NCBI GenBank assembly: GCA_041659045.1
Contig: JBAZZB010000001.1
Coordinates: 198,111 to 262,110 of the forward strand
Direction: 5' to 3'
DNA length: 64,000 nt
From: Patescibacteria group bacterium
Lineage (GTDB): Bacteria > Patescibacteriota > Patescibacteriia > SG8-24 > DYFX01
The notes under the pieces were generated by a model. The model saw only the letters and a program-made list of their open reading frames with translations, searched no databases and had not been told where the DNA came from. This document shows, piece by piece, positions 51,879 through 61,523 of this stretch (positions are counted from its first letter, which is position 1; every line of letters begins with the position of its first letter). Made by a program: the position numbers and the translations under genes.

Positions 51879-52454
51879 ATGAATCCTTTGCGTATCGGCA
51901 TCGATTTCGACGGCGTTTTAGCAGATCATCGCTTGCACAAGCTTCGACTCGCGAAGGAGCACGGTTTCGCGCTCGACGCTTGGCAGACGAATTCAAACGT
52001 CATGCGCAACTTTCTTCCTCTCGAAGCGTATGAGAGTGTACGCACTATTTTGTACGGGGATATGACACACGAAGCTCCACCGGTCGCGGGCGCTCTCGAA
52101 GCAGTTGCACGATTGCCCGGCGAGCTTTACGTCATCACGGCGCGTCGGAGACCGAGCGTGCCAGCTTTAGAGTGGATGAAAAAACATGGAGTTGCAGAGC
52201 GTATTCCGCCCGAGCGCGTGCGCTTTTGCGGAAATAAGGAATCCAAAAACACGACCTGCCTCGAACTTGGTATTGATCTTTTCATCGATGATCAGCTTTC
52301 TTTGTTGGAGATCTTGCCGCAGAGCGTCACGAAGGTTCTGTTTGACAATGACGGCATTGCGGCGAAGCTGTCCGTTCCCGGAGATATTCGTGTGGTAGGT
52401 ACATGGGAGGAATTTTCTTTGCTTGCCACCAAGCTCGCGAATGAGAAGGTGTAA
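51879..52454 (+). CDS. HAD-family 5'(3')-nucleotidase-like protein
   Basis: IGIDFDGVLAD, VITAR, K...LGIDLFIDD. Confidence 0.8.
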   Translation: MNPLRIGIDFDGVLADHRLHKLRLAKEHGFALDAWQTNSNVMRNFLPLEAYESVRTILYGDMTHEAPPVAGALEAVARLPGELYVITARRRPSVPALEWMKKHGVAERIPPERVRFCGNKESKNTTCLELGIDLFIDDQLSLLEILPQSVTKVLFDNDGIAAKLSVPGDIRVVGTWEEFSLLATKLANEKV

Positions 52455-52489
52455 AAAAAGACTCCAATGCATGGCATCGGAGCCGAGGA

Positions 52490-52945
52490 TCACTTCTTGC
52501 TTTTCGCGCTCGCTGCGACGCGCTTCTGGTCGCGTCGATCAACGATCTTGAGCGTGATCGCGCCGAGTAAGGTCGCTCCTCCACCGAAGGCGAAGGGAAC
52601 CCAGTGCGGCGCATAGAGAAGGGCCGGAAAGCTTCCGGCGACGGCGAGACAGGGGAGGAGAAGCAGCCACTGACGCTTCACGAAGGCGGCGAGCAGACCG
52701 TAGAGGCTGAGGATGCCGGCTGCTCCGAATGCGGAGCCGAGCGCCACCCAACCGCCAATCGCTTGCGTCTCCGTCGACACTGCGGATGTGAAGACGAGCC
52801 AGTCGTTGCGCGAGAGTCCCAGGCCAACCGCCACGGCTGTACCGAGCAGCGCCGCGAGTATCCAGAACGTGATGAAGAGCTTCTTGAACCCCCTTCCGTA
52901 GTTCTTTCCGACATCCGGAATGACGTATGAATTCGGATCCCTCAT
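52490..52945 (-). CDS. Hypothetical 4-TM membrane protein
   Basis: Promoter TTGACA-N17-TAGACT, SD AAGGAGG, four hydrophobic segments. Confidence 0.8.
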   Translation of the reverse strand: MRDPNSYVIPDVGKNYGRGFKKLFITFWILAALLGTAVAVGLGLSRNDWLVFTSAVSTETQAIGGWVALGSAFGAAGILSLYGLLAAFVKRQWLLLLPCLAVAGSFPALLYAPHWVPFAFGGGATLLGAITLKIVDRRDQKRVAASAKSKK

Positions 52946-53115
52946 CGCGGCCTCCTTGTTGTTGCGCGTTGTGTTAGTCTAGGCCTCGTAAAGCTCAGTG
53001 TCAATATTCAAGGGTGTTTTGCCCCACGTTGCCTTTTTCCGCGCGCTTCTTTATACTGCCTCCGTATTGTGGATTGTTCGGACGTTCTGATCTGATTTGA
53101 CCCAGATTTTCCCGT

Positions 53116-55185
53116 ATGACTACTCGCAGCGGCCGGTCGTTTTTTTACTACGTGTCTGTTCCGTTCATCTGGCTCGGCAAAGCGCTCAGCCGGCTCGTTA
53201 AACCCTCGCCTCGCGGCAAAGTCCGCTGGGCGGTGTTGACTGTGCTCGTCCTCGCTGGATTGGCCGGGTTCTTGTCGTATCCGAACGTGTGGGACCGCGG
53301 TGCCAATGTTTGGAACGCTAAGGTTGTCGAGGCGTACAAGCTTCCTGGTGCGCTTAAGATTCCTCACTTCAAGAACGTTCCGTTCCGCCTTGGTCTCGAT
53401 CTTCAGGGTGGCACGCACCTCGTCTATGAAGCGGACACGAATGATATCGTTCCGAACGAGCGCGATGCTGCCATGGAGGGTGTGCGCGACGTCATCGAAC
53501 GCCGCGTCAACGCTTTTGGCGTCGCCGAACCGATCGTGCAAACCAACAAGTCGAACGACCGTTGGCGCATTATCGTCGAGTTGGCTGGCGTGAGTGATGT
53601 GAGCCAGGCGATCCGCATGATCGGCGAAACGCCCATCCTTGAGTTCAAGGAAGAAAACCCGGTGGAGAATATTCCTCTTACTCCGGAACAGCAGAAAGAA
53701 CTCGAGAAGAAGAATGTCGATCTCAAAAAACAGGCGAATGACACGTTGCGCAAGGCGCTCTTGAACCCGAACGACGCTTCGCTTACGTGGACGAAACTCG
53801 GGCTCGTGGGCGAATCGCAACAGCCAGAACTTTGGAAGTGGGCCGACACACATCGTGGCGCCAAAATTTCCGGCACGTTGGTTGAAGATCCGCTCGGTTG
53901 GAACGTGCTGCGCGTGAACGCACGCGATGCCGCCGCCAAAGAAGTGCGCGCAAGCCACATCTTGATCTGCTGGGAAGGCGCGCAAGGTTGTGGAGAGCCG
54001 CTCACAAAAGAGCAGGCTTTGGCGCAAGCGACCGCCCTGCGCGGTGAGTTGACGGTCCAAAACTTCGGCGAAAAAGCCAAAGCAAATTCAACCGACGGTT
54101 CGGCGCAAACGAACGCGGGTGATCTTGGTTGGTTCAGCGAAGGAGCGATGGTGAAAGAGTTCCAAGATGCCGCCTTCGCTCTCAAAACGGGAGAAATTTC
54201 CCAGCCGGTCGAATCTCCCTTTGGCTATCACCTGATCTACAAGTCCGGAGAACGTCCGCTCATCCGTTACGACGTGGACCGCATCTTCGTCGAGAAGGCG
54301 ACGGCGGCTGATGTTGCGCCGGAAGCGGATCCATGGAAGAACACCGGTTTGTCCGGCAAGCACGTGCAGCGCGCCCAGGTTGAGTTCGACCAGACCGTCA
54401 ATCGTCCGCAAGTGCTCCTGACCTTCAACGAAGAAGGGAAGGAACTCTTCGCCGAACTGACGAAGCGCAGCGTCGGAAAGCTGATCGCGATCTATCTCGA
54501 TGGCGAACCGATCTCCATTCCGCGTGTCCAGCAAGAAATCTCGGACGGCAACGCTGTGATCTCCGGAGACTTCGACGTCAAAGAAGCAAAACTTTTGTCG
54601 CAGCGCCTGAACGCCGGAGCGCTCCCGGTTCCGATCAAGCTGCTCTCGCAGCAGACGATCGGTGCTTCGCTCGGTCAGGATTCTCTCGCGAAGAGCTTGC
54701 ACGCCGGTATGATCGGTTTCCTGATCGTCGTGATCTTCATGACGCTCTACTACCGTCTGCCCGGCTTGATCGCCTCGCTTGCGTTGCTCATGTATACCGG
54801 CTTCAGCTTGGCAGTCTTCAAGATGCTCGGTGTCACCCTGACCTTGTCGGGCATCGCCGGCGTTATTCTGTCGATCGGTATGGCTGTCGACGCCAACATC
54901 CTGATCTTCGAGCGCATGAAAGAAGAATTGAAGAATGGACGACCGCTTGATTCGGCTATCGGTGAAGGTTTCAAGCGCGCCTGGACGTCCATCTACGACT
55001 CGAACATCTCGTCGCTCATCACCTGCGCGATCCTCTACACGTTCACATCGAGCTCCGTGCGCGGCTTTGCCGTCACGCTGGCGCTCGGCATCCTGATCTC
55101 CATGTTCTCCGCAATCACCGTGACGCGTACGTTGCTTCGCTTGGTCGCGCCGTGGACTACCAAATATCACTGGCTGTTCAAGTAA
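53116..55185 (+). CDS. secD: Protein translocase subunit SecD with an inserted parvulin (PpiC-type PPIase) module
   Basis: LGLDLQGG, RRVNAFGVAEP, IAIYLDG, LNAGALPVP, IGMAVDANILIFER; insert VRASHILI...GDLGWF...EF...PVESPFGYHLI. Confidence 0.95.
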   Translation: MTTRSGRSFFYYVSVPFIWLGKALSRLVKPSPRGKVRWAVLTVLVLAGLAGFLSYPNVWDRGANVWNAKVVEAYKLPGALKIPHFKNVPFRLGLDLQGGTHLVYEADTNDIVPNERDAAMEGVRDVIERRVNAFGVAEPIVQTNKSNDRWRIIVELAGVSDVSQAIRMIGETPILEFKEENPVENIPLTPEQQKELEKKNVDLKKQANDTLRKALLNPNDASLTWTKLGLVGESQQPELWKWADTHRGAKISGTLVEDPLGWNVLRVNARDAAAKEVRASHILICWEGAQGCGEPLTKEQALAQATALRGELTVQNFGEKAKANSTDGSAQTNAGDLGWFSEGAMVKEFQDAAFALKTGEISQPVESPFGYHLIYKSGERPLIRYDVDRIFVEKATAADVAPEADPWKNTGLSGKHVQRAQVEFDQTVNRPQVLLTFNEEGKELFAELTKRSVGKLIAIYLDGEPISIPRVQQEISDGNAVISGDFDVKEAKLLSQRLNAGALPVPIKLLSQQTIGASLGQDSLAKSLHAGMIGFLIVVIFMTLYYRLPGLIASLALLMYTGFSLAVFKMLGVTLTLSGIAGVILSIGMAVDANILIFERMKEELKNGRPLDSAIGEGFKRAWTSIYDSNISSLITCAILYTFTSSSVRGFAVTLALGILISMFSAITVTRTLLRLVAPWTTKYHWLFK

Positions 55186-55186
55186 T

Positions 55187-56098
55187 ATGTTGCGCATCAC
55201 GCATCACCGCAGAATCTACTACACGCTCTCCGGACTCCTGACCGGCCTCTCTTTGGCCGCTTGGCTCGTCTGGGGTCTCAAACCCGGTATCGACTTCACC
55301 GGGGGATCCTTGTTGGAGGTTGAGTTCTCCCAGAACCGCCCAAGCGTCGAGCAGATTGTTGAGATCGCAAAGGCAAACGTCGAAAGCGAAGAACTGACCG
55401 CGCAGCCCTTGGGGGAGAGCGGCATGGTTCTCAGAATGCCTCCGATCGAGGAAGCTGCACATCAGAAACTTTTCGCGGGGCTCAAGAGCAGCTACGAAAA
55501 GGACGGCACCGTTCTGGTTGAGAAGCGCTTTGAGTCGATCGGTCCCCTGATCGGCGAAGAGCTTCGGAAAAAGACGATCTACGCTGTCGTCGGCGCCATC
55601 TTGGCGATCATGCTCTACATCACCTACGCGTTCCGTAAGGTTTCCCACCCGGTCGCTTCCTGGAAGTACGGCGCCTGTACGGTCGTTGCCTTGGCTCACG
55701 ACGTCGTGATCCCGGTCGGCGTCTTCTCGGTGCTCGGTCACTTCTACGGTGTCGAAGTGGGCGCTTGGGTCGTGACGGCGCTTCTGACGGTTCTTGGTTT
55801 CTCGGTCCACGACACGATCGTCGTGTTCGACCGCGTTCGCGAAAATCTTTCGCATGGACGCCGCGAAAGCTTTGAGGATGTCGTCAATGTGAGCTTGAAT
55901 GAAACGCTAGGTCGCTCGATCAATACGTCGCTTACGGTGCTGTTCGTGCTTTTCTCCGCCTATTTCCTTGGCGGCGAATCCATTCGTAACTTCATCTTGA
56001 CGATGATTATCGGTATCTCGGTCGGCGTCTACTCATCGATCTTCCTGGGCAGCCCGCTGCTCGTCAGCTGGCACCTCCGCGATTCCAAGAAGGGCTAA
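55187..56098 (+). CDS. secF: Protein translocase subunit SecF
   Basis: GIDFTGGS, IGPLIGEEL, ALAHDV, GFSVHDTIVVFDRVREN, RSINTSLT, GVYSSIF. Confidence 0.96.
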   Translation: MLRITHHRRIYYTLSGLLTGLSLAAWLVWGLKPGIDFTGGSLLEVEFSQNRPSVEQIVEIAKANVESEELTAQPLGESGMVLRMPPIEEAAHQKLFAGLKSSYEKDGTVLVEKRFESIGPLIGEELRKKTIYAVVGAILAIMLYITYAFRKVSHPVASWKYGACTVVALAHDVVIPVGVFSVLGHFYGVEVGAWVVTALLTVLGFSVHDTIVVFDRVRENLSHGRRESFEDVVNVSLNETLGRSINTSLTVLFVLFSAYFLGGESIRNFILTMIIGISVGVYSSIFLGSPLLVSWHLRDSKKG

Positions 56099-56184
56099 GA
56101 AAAGGGAAAAAAACACCCTTCCAAGAAGCCGAAAAATATGCTACGCTTCCGTTGATTACGGAAGCGTCGCTTTTTTCTTTGTAC

Positions 56185-57504
56185 ATGCCTCAGATCGTCT
56201 TGGACTTGTCGCCGCTCTACGCGCTCTTGGACCAGTCGCCACTCCAGATCGCCTGGACGTTTTTCATGTACGGCGGTTGGATCCCGTTTGCTTGGATCCT
56301 CTGGATGGGTTTTTCGGAAATCTGGATCGGTTCGCGGCAGGACAAATACGCCGGCACGATCAACTACGTCCTCTTGAGCGTCAACATTCCGAGAATGAAC
56401 GAGCAGACGCCGAAGGCTGCCGAGCATATTTTTTCGCATCTTGCCGGCACGTTCTCCTCGCCGAACTTTAAGGAAAAGTGGCTCATCGGAAAATTTACGC
56501 CGGGTTTTTCTTTCGAGTACGCCTCGATCGATGGCTATACCCAATTCATCGTCCGTTCTCCGATTCAGTTTCGCGACCTGATCGAAGCCTCGGTTTTTTC
56601 CCAGTATCCGGACGCAGAAATCAGCGAAATCGCCGACTACACAAAAAACGTGCCGCTCAAGCATCCCGATCCGGAGTGGGATTGCTGGGGCACGGAGTTT
56701 ACGCTCGCGAAACCGTCGGCGATTCCGCTGCGCACCTACACGGAATTCGAACACACGCTCTCGCAAGAGCTGAAGGATCCGCTTTCGACGTTACTCGAAA
56801 CACTTTCGCGTCTCAAGAGAGGGGAGCAAGTCTGGATCCAGATTCTGGTCTATCCGCGCGATCAAACGTGGATCCAGGAATCAATCAAGGTTGCCAACAA
56901 AATGAAGGGCCGCGAGGTCAAGAAAAAACCTCCAGCGTGGCAAAACCTTGTCGAAGAAGGCTTCAGTCTTATGACGGTTGGTGTCAGCCAGATCGTCGGA
57001 GTCGGTGCTGAGGAAAAAGAAAAGAAAAAAGAGGAGAGTCGCGTGCCAAACCTTTCTCCAGGCGAGAAACGGTTGCTTGAAGGCGTCGAAAACAAGATGT
57101 CCAAGTTCGGCTTCGGTGTAAAAATTCGTTTTGTCTACGTTGGCAAGCGCCCCGTGTTCCGTAAAGGACCGATGATCTCGATGGTGCGCGGCGCCTTCGG
57201 CTTGTTCGGCTCACTCGACGGCAACAGTCTGAAGAACTATGGTAAAGCGGCTCCGAAGTCAGATTACTTCTGGCAGAGGTGGAGCACGGAAGAGAAGAAG
57301 ACGAAAATTATTTCACGGTTCTCAAGCCGTTCGGGCGAGGGTGCTGAGAAATTCATTTTGAACGTCGAAGAGCTGGCAAGCCTGTGGCACTTCCCGCAGA
57401 TCCTGATCAAAGCACCGCTTCTGAAAAAGGTTGATTCCCGCAAAGTCGAACCGCCGTTCGCGTTGCCCGAGGCGCCGGACGTCTTGTTGCCGACTGAAGA
57501 ATAG
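56185..57504 (+). CDS. Conserved hypothetical protein with an N-terminal TM, partner of the coupling-protein ATPase
   Basis: FSFEYAS, SQYPDAEI, PLRTY, WIQILV.P, ILNVEELASLWHFP resemble the protein found beside CPR VirD4-like genes (recalled, not searched). Confidence 0.7.
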   Translation: MPQIVLDLSPLYALLDQSPLQIAWTFFMYGGWIPFAWILWMGFSEIWIGSRQDKYAGTINYVLLSVNIPRMNEQTPKAAEHIFSHLAGTFSSPNFKEKWLIGKFTPGFSFEYASIDGYTQFIVRSPIQFRDLIEASVFSQYPDAEISEIADYTKNVPLKHPDPEWDCWGTEFTLAKPSAIPLRTYTEFEHTLSQELKDPLSTLLETLSRLKRGEQVWIQILVYPRDQTWIQESIKVANKMKGREVKKKPPAWQNLVEEGFSLMTVGVSQIVGVGAEEKEKKKEESRVPNLSPGEKRLLEGVENKMSKFGFGVKIRFVYVGKRPVFRKGPMISMVRGAFGLFGSLDGNSLKNYGKAAPKSDYFWQRWSTEEKKTKIISRFSSRSGEGAEKFILNVEELASLWHFPQILIKAPLLKKVDSRKVEPPFALPEAPDVLLPTEE

Positions 57505-57510
57505 AGCCCT

Positions 57511-59397
57511 ATGCCGTTTACCGCGCCGCCCTACAATCACGATCACGAAAACGAAGTCATCCCGTTCGCGGAAACGAATTTTCGCGGAGAGAATCGCAAG
57601 TTCGGCATCAAAACCGACGACCGGCGCCGCCACGTCTACGTCATCGGTAAGACGGGTATGGGTAAGACGACCCTGCTCGAAAACTTCGTCATGTCCGACA
57701 TCTACGCCGGTCACGGTTTGGCGTACGTTGATCCGCACGGTGACACGGCTGACAAAATTCTCGATTTCATTCCGCCGTGGCGCATCAACGATGTTGTCTA
57801 TTTCAACCCGGCCGACATGGAGTTTCCGGTCGGTTTCAATATTCTTGAAATTGCCAACGAAAACCAAAAGCACCTCGTCGCATCCGGACTCATGGGTGTT
57901 TTCAAGAAGATTTGGCCGGATGTTTGGTCGGCGCGCATGGAGTACATCTTGCTCAACTGCGTCTTGGCGTTGCTTGATACGCCCGGCTCGACGCTCTTGG
58001 GTATCAGCCGTATTTTGGCAGACAAGGATTTTAGAAAAAAGATCGTTGAGAACGTCAAAGATCCAGTGGTGAAGGGTTTCTGGGTCAATGAATTCGCCAA
58101 GTACACCGACAAGTTCGCCTCGGAAGCAATCGCACCGGTTCAAAACAAAGTCGGTCAATTTTTGTCGAACACCGTCATCCGCAACATCGTCGCGCAGACG
58201 AAGTCCACGATCGACATTCGCAAGATCATGGATGAACGGAAAATCCTGATTGTGAACCTGTCGAAAGGCTTGGTCGGCGAAGACTCGAGCAAGCTTCTGG
58301 GCGGCATGCTGATTACGCGTCTGCAGCTCGCGGCCATGGAGCGCGTCGACATGCTCGAAAAAGACCGCCAGGACTTCTATCTCTACGTCGACGAGTTTCA
58401 AAACTTCGCGACGGAATCTTTTGCGAACATCTTGTCTGAAGCGCGTAAGTATCGCTTGGCGCTTATTACGGCTCACCAATACATCGAACAGCTCGAAGAG
58501 GAAGTCGCGGCCGCCGTCTTCGGTAACGTCGGCACAATCATCTCGTTTCGCGTCGGCGCCAATGATGCCGAGCATCTCGCGAAGGAGTTCGCGCCGGTCT
58601 TCGTCGAAGAAGATATCATCAACCTCGCGAAGTACGAGGTGTATCTCAAGCTCATGATCGACGGCGTGGCCTCTTCGCCGTTTTCAGCCAAGACGCTTTC
58701 ACCGATCGCGAAGCGAACGGATAGTCGCGAAAAGGTTGTGAAGGCATCGCGTGAGCGCTATGCGTTAACGCGCGTCGATATTGAAACGAAGGTGAATACC
58801 TGGGCGGGTTTCGATGAATCGACGGGTACGTTCACTGGCAAATCGGCTTCCGAAGGCGGTCCGAGCACCTCGGCAGGGGAGGCACCGCGAGAAAATTCAG
58901 ATCGTCAATACAAAGCGAATTGCTCGCGCTGCAACAAGGAGTTGCATTTGAAGTTCCCGCCCGATCCGAGTCGGCCATTTTACTGCAAAGAATGCTTGCC
59001 GTTTGCGCGCGCCGAAGCGTCCGCTGCTCCAAAGCCACCTATGCGAGCTGTGAGCGCGCCGTCTTCAGCGCCGCGACCTGTTCAGAAAACGACGGCGCCC
59101 GTTCCATCTCCAGCGCCGACGCCCGCGCCGGCATTGGCACCCACGCCCGCCGCGCCGCGACCCCCGAAGGTCGAAGCGCCGAAAGCGGCTCCGAAGCCGG
59201 CCGAACCAGCAAAAACAGACCGACCTCTTCCGCCTCCCCCGAAGCCTGGAATGTTTGCGGGGAAGATTCGTGTGGTGACCGGCGCACAGGAGCAAGAGAC
59301 GCTCACCCCTCCAAAACCACCAGAATCCGCGACAGCCCCTCTGCAAAAGCCAGCCCCGCCTCGTTTACCACCTTTGAGCTTAAAACCACGCGTTTGA
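57511..59397 (+). CDS. Type IV secretion coupling protein (TraD/VirD4-like ATPase) with a CxxC-x17-CxxC domain and Pro-rich tail
   Basis: HVYVIGKTGMGKTT, VDPHGD, LYVDEFQNF, ILSEARKY, AHQYIEQL, GNVGT..FRVG; CSRC...YCKEC. Confidence 0.88.
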   Translation: MPFTAPPYNHDHENEVIPFAETNFRGENRKFGIKTDDRRRHVYVIGKTGMGKTTLLENFVMSDIYAGHGLAYVDPHGDTADKILDFIPPWRINDVVYFNPADMEFPVGFNILEIANENQKHLVASGLMGVFKKIWPDVWSARMEYILLNCVLALLDTPGSTLLGISRILADKDFRKKIVENVKDPVVKGFWVNEFAKYTDKFASEAIAPVQNKVGQFLSNTVIRNIVAQTKSTIDIRKIMDERKILIVNLSKGLVGEDSSKLLGGMLITRLQLAAMERVDMLEKDRQDFYLYVDEFQNFATESFANILSEARKYRLALITAHQYIEQLEEEVAAAVFGNVGTIISFRVGANDAEHLAKEFAPVFVEEDIINLAKYEVYLKLMIDGVASSPFSAKTLSPIAKRTDSREKVVKASRERYALTRVDIETKVNTWAGFDESTGTFTGKSASEGGPSTSAGEAPRENSDRQYKANCSRCNKELHLKFPPDPSRPFYCKECLPFARAEASAAPKPPMRAVSAPSSAPRPVQKTTAPVPSPAPTPAPALAPTPAAPRPPKVEAPKAAPKPAEPAKTDRPLPPPPKPGMFAGKIRVVTGAQEQETLTPPKPPESATAPLQKPAPPRLPPLSLKPRV

Positions 59398-59417
59398 ATA
59401 CCTGCAGGTTGCGAGTC

Positions 59418-59443
59418 TGTAAGTTTTTTGTTGTACTTCCGTC
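59418..59443 (+). promoter_or_regulatory. Putative ECF-type autoregulatory promoter
   Basis: TGTAAG-N16-CGTC ending 24 nt upstream of the sigma ATG; resembles SigM/SigX-type consensus. Confidence 0.5.
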
Positions 59444-59467
59444 TTATCTAGTGAACTCGATCGCGTA

Positions 59468-60022
59468 ATGGAATGGCTGAAAGAGGCAACGCTTCTGCGC
59501 AGAATCCGGTCGGGAGACGAAACGGCGTTCGTTGAGACGTACGAGCTTTTCGGCCCGAAAATCTATCGACACGCCTTATTTCGCACCAGCTCGCCAGAAA
59601 CGGCTGACGACATCATGAGCGAAACCTTCGTGCGCGCTTGGGAAACCATTCGCGTGAAGGCGGCTGAAATTCAGCGTCTACGAGCCTTTCTCTATCGGGT
59701 CGCGGACAACCTCATCATCGATCATTACCGTCGCAACGCCCGCTCCGCCGTCTCGATGACTGACGAGATTGAGGAATCCCTGCAAGCCCCGGGGGACCCG
59801 CACGCTGAGATCGACCGCTTGCTGAGGAGTGAACGACTGGCACAGGAACTCGCGCAAATGAGACCCGAAGTCCGCGACCTCCTTGTGATGCGTTACGTCG
59901 ACGACCTCTCGATCGAAGAGATCGCAAGCGTGACCGGAAAGAAAAAAAACGCCGTCTACGTCGCGCTTCATCGCGCCGTCAAAGAATTGAAACTCGCATG
60001 TCCTGCAATCCCAGAGAATTAA
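59468..60022 (+). CDS. ECF RNA polymerase sigma factor
   Basis: GDETAF..Y, ADDIMSETF, FLYRVADNLIIDHYR (region 2), LSIEEIA...VYVALHRA (region 4). Confidence 0.93.
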   Translation: MEWLKEATLLRRIRSGDETAFVETYELFGPKIYRHALFRTSSPETADDIMSETFVRAWETIRVKAAEIQRLRAFLYRVADNLIIDHYRRNARSAVSMTDEIEESLQAPGDPHAEIDRLLRSERLAQELAQMRPEVRDLLVMRYVDDLSIEEIASVTGKKKNAVYVALHRAVKELKLACPAIPEN

Positions 60023-60801
60023 AAGAACTCCGACGCTTTCCGGTTCCGGCGAGCGCTCTTGAGACTGGTCGTGAACGGTTGCGTATCGTCATGGCGGAAT
60101 TGCCGTTCGTGCCGGGGACGAGCCGTCGATTCGGCATTTTTATCTGGAAGCCTGCCATGACCTTCGCGTTGGTGTGTGTGCTTGTGCTTTCAAGCGGGGG
60201 AGTCGTCATGGCTTCTCGAGGCGCTGTTCCTGGCGAACGTTTGTACCCGGTGAAACTCGTTTCCGAGGGCGTCCAAGAGCGTCTGGCAGTTTCGCCTGCG
60301 CGGAAGTTTACGGTACAAGCCGCGCACGCCGCGCATCGTTTGGAAGAGACGGAAAAACTTATCGTCAACAAGAAATTGATCGAAGAGGATCGTGACGAGC
60401 GCATCCAAACTGCCTTGCAAGGTTATGAAGATCACCTTTTCACGATGAGTGCGCTTGCGGTGCGCTTGTCCGTAGATCCGCCAAAGCTGAAAGCGGGTGA
60501 CCGCGCGCTCCAGGCCGCTGAGCGTATGTTCGACCGGCACGCCGAGCTTGTCGATTCGGCGACCGTCACCCAACTCGTCTTGGCCGAAGCGGTGCTTGAA
60601 CCTATCGACATGACGCTTGATTTGCAGAACGAAGTGCTTGAGGCCAGGATGAATCGTGGTCGAGAGCGAGGTGACGAAAAAGACCACGACGAGCTCGAGG
60701 AACGTCATCATGTGCGCTCCGAAAAAATTCAAAAGCGTTTGAGAACGTTCCAGTTTGAGCTTGAAGCCGTAAAAACACTTGAAAACATTCCAAAAAAGTG
60801 A
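59998..60801 (+). CDS. Putative anti-sigma factor (single TM, DUF5667-like)
   Basis: Overlaps the sigma gene; TM followed by ASRGAVPGERLYPVKL..E. Confidence 0.72.
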   Translation: MSCNPRELKELRRFPVPASALETGRERLRIVMAELPFVPGTSRRFGIFIWKPAMTFALVCVLVLSSGGVVMASRGAVPGERLYPVKLVSEGVQERLAVSPARKFTVQAAHAAHRLEETEKLIVNKKLIEEDRDERIQTALQGYEDHLFTMSALAVRLSVDPPKLKAGDRALQAAERMFDRHAELVDSATVTQLVLAEAVLEPIDMTLDLQNEVLEARMNRGRERGDEKDHDELEERHHVRSEKIQKRLRTFQFELEAVKTLENIPKK

Positions 60802-60818
60802 TATACTTTCTCCGGAAT

Positions 60819-61520
60819 ATGCCGGAAAAAGTTTTATCTTTGAAAGCCGTCCTCGCGTCATCCGCCCTGTTTTTCTTGTTGGCCTCGCCGGCCGACGCTT
60901 TTCAGCCTTCCACATTCGATACGGACGGGGATGGCTATGATGATGCGACCGAAATGGCATTCGGCTATACGCCGTACGGCGTAGGTCGCTTGGATACGAA
61001 CGATGCGGACAGCGACCATCTTTCAGATGGCGATGAGATTATTTTTGGAACCGACCCGCTGTTGCAGGATTCGGACCATGACGGCTACGAAGACGGTGTT
61101 GAAGTAAAATCGGGCTACGATCCTGCCAGGGGCAATGAAGCGCGACTCAAGAAACGCATCGTTATTACGCTCGCGTCACAGACGTTGACGTATTCGATTG
61201 GTCCGAAAAAAATTGAAACATTCTCCGTTTCAACCGGACGTCCTGGTCGCCCAACGCCGATTGGAACGTTCACGATTCGCGACAAAATGCCGAGGGCGTG
61301 GTCGCGGAGCGCTAAGCTCTGGATGCCATATTGGATGCCGTTTATCGGTACGACGTATGGCCTGCATGAGCTGCCCGAGTGGCCAGGAGGCAAAAAGGAG
61401 GGCGAGGACCACCTCGGCACGCCGGTTTCTGGCGGCTGCGTCCGTTTAGGTGTCGGACCCGCGAAAACACTCTACGAGTGGGCTGAGGTCGGTACGGAAG
61501 TCACGATTTCAAAAACCTGA
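60819..61520 (+). CDS. L,D-transpeptidase with N-terminal DxDxDG calcium-binding-type repeats
   Basis: Signal peptide; DTDGDG, DADSD, DSDHDG repeats; VSTGR...TPIGTF, WMPYWM, LH...SGGCVRL. Confidence 0.88.
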   Translation: MPEKVLSLKAVLASSALFFLLASPADAFQPSTFDTDGDGYDDATEMAFGYTPYGVGRLDTNDADSDHLSDGDEIIFGTDPLLQDSDHDGYEDGVEVKSGYDPARGNEARLKKRIVITLASQTLTYSIGPKKIETFSVSTGRPGRPTPIGTFTIRDKMPRAWSRSAKLWMPYWMPFIGTTYGLHELPEWPGGKKEGEDHLGTPVSGGCVRLGVGPAKTLYEWAEVGTEVTISKT

Positions 61521-61523
61521 GGC

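Noticed and set aside
59010-59397. Repetitive GC-rich sequence as a possible DNA repeat array
   Set aside because: It is the in-frame Pro/Ala-rich tail of the coupling protein and has no regular repeat unit.
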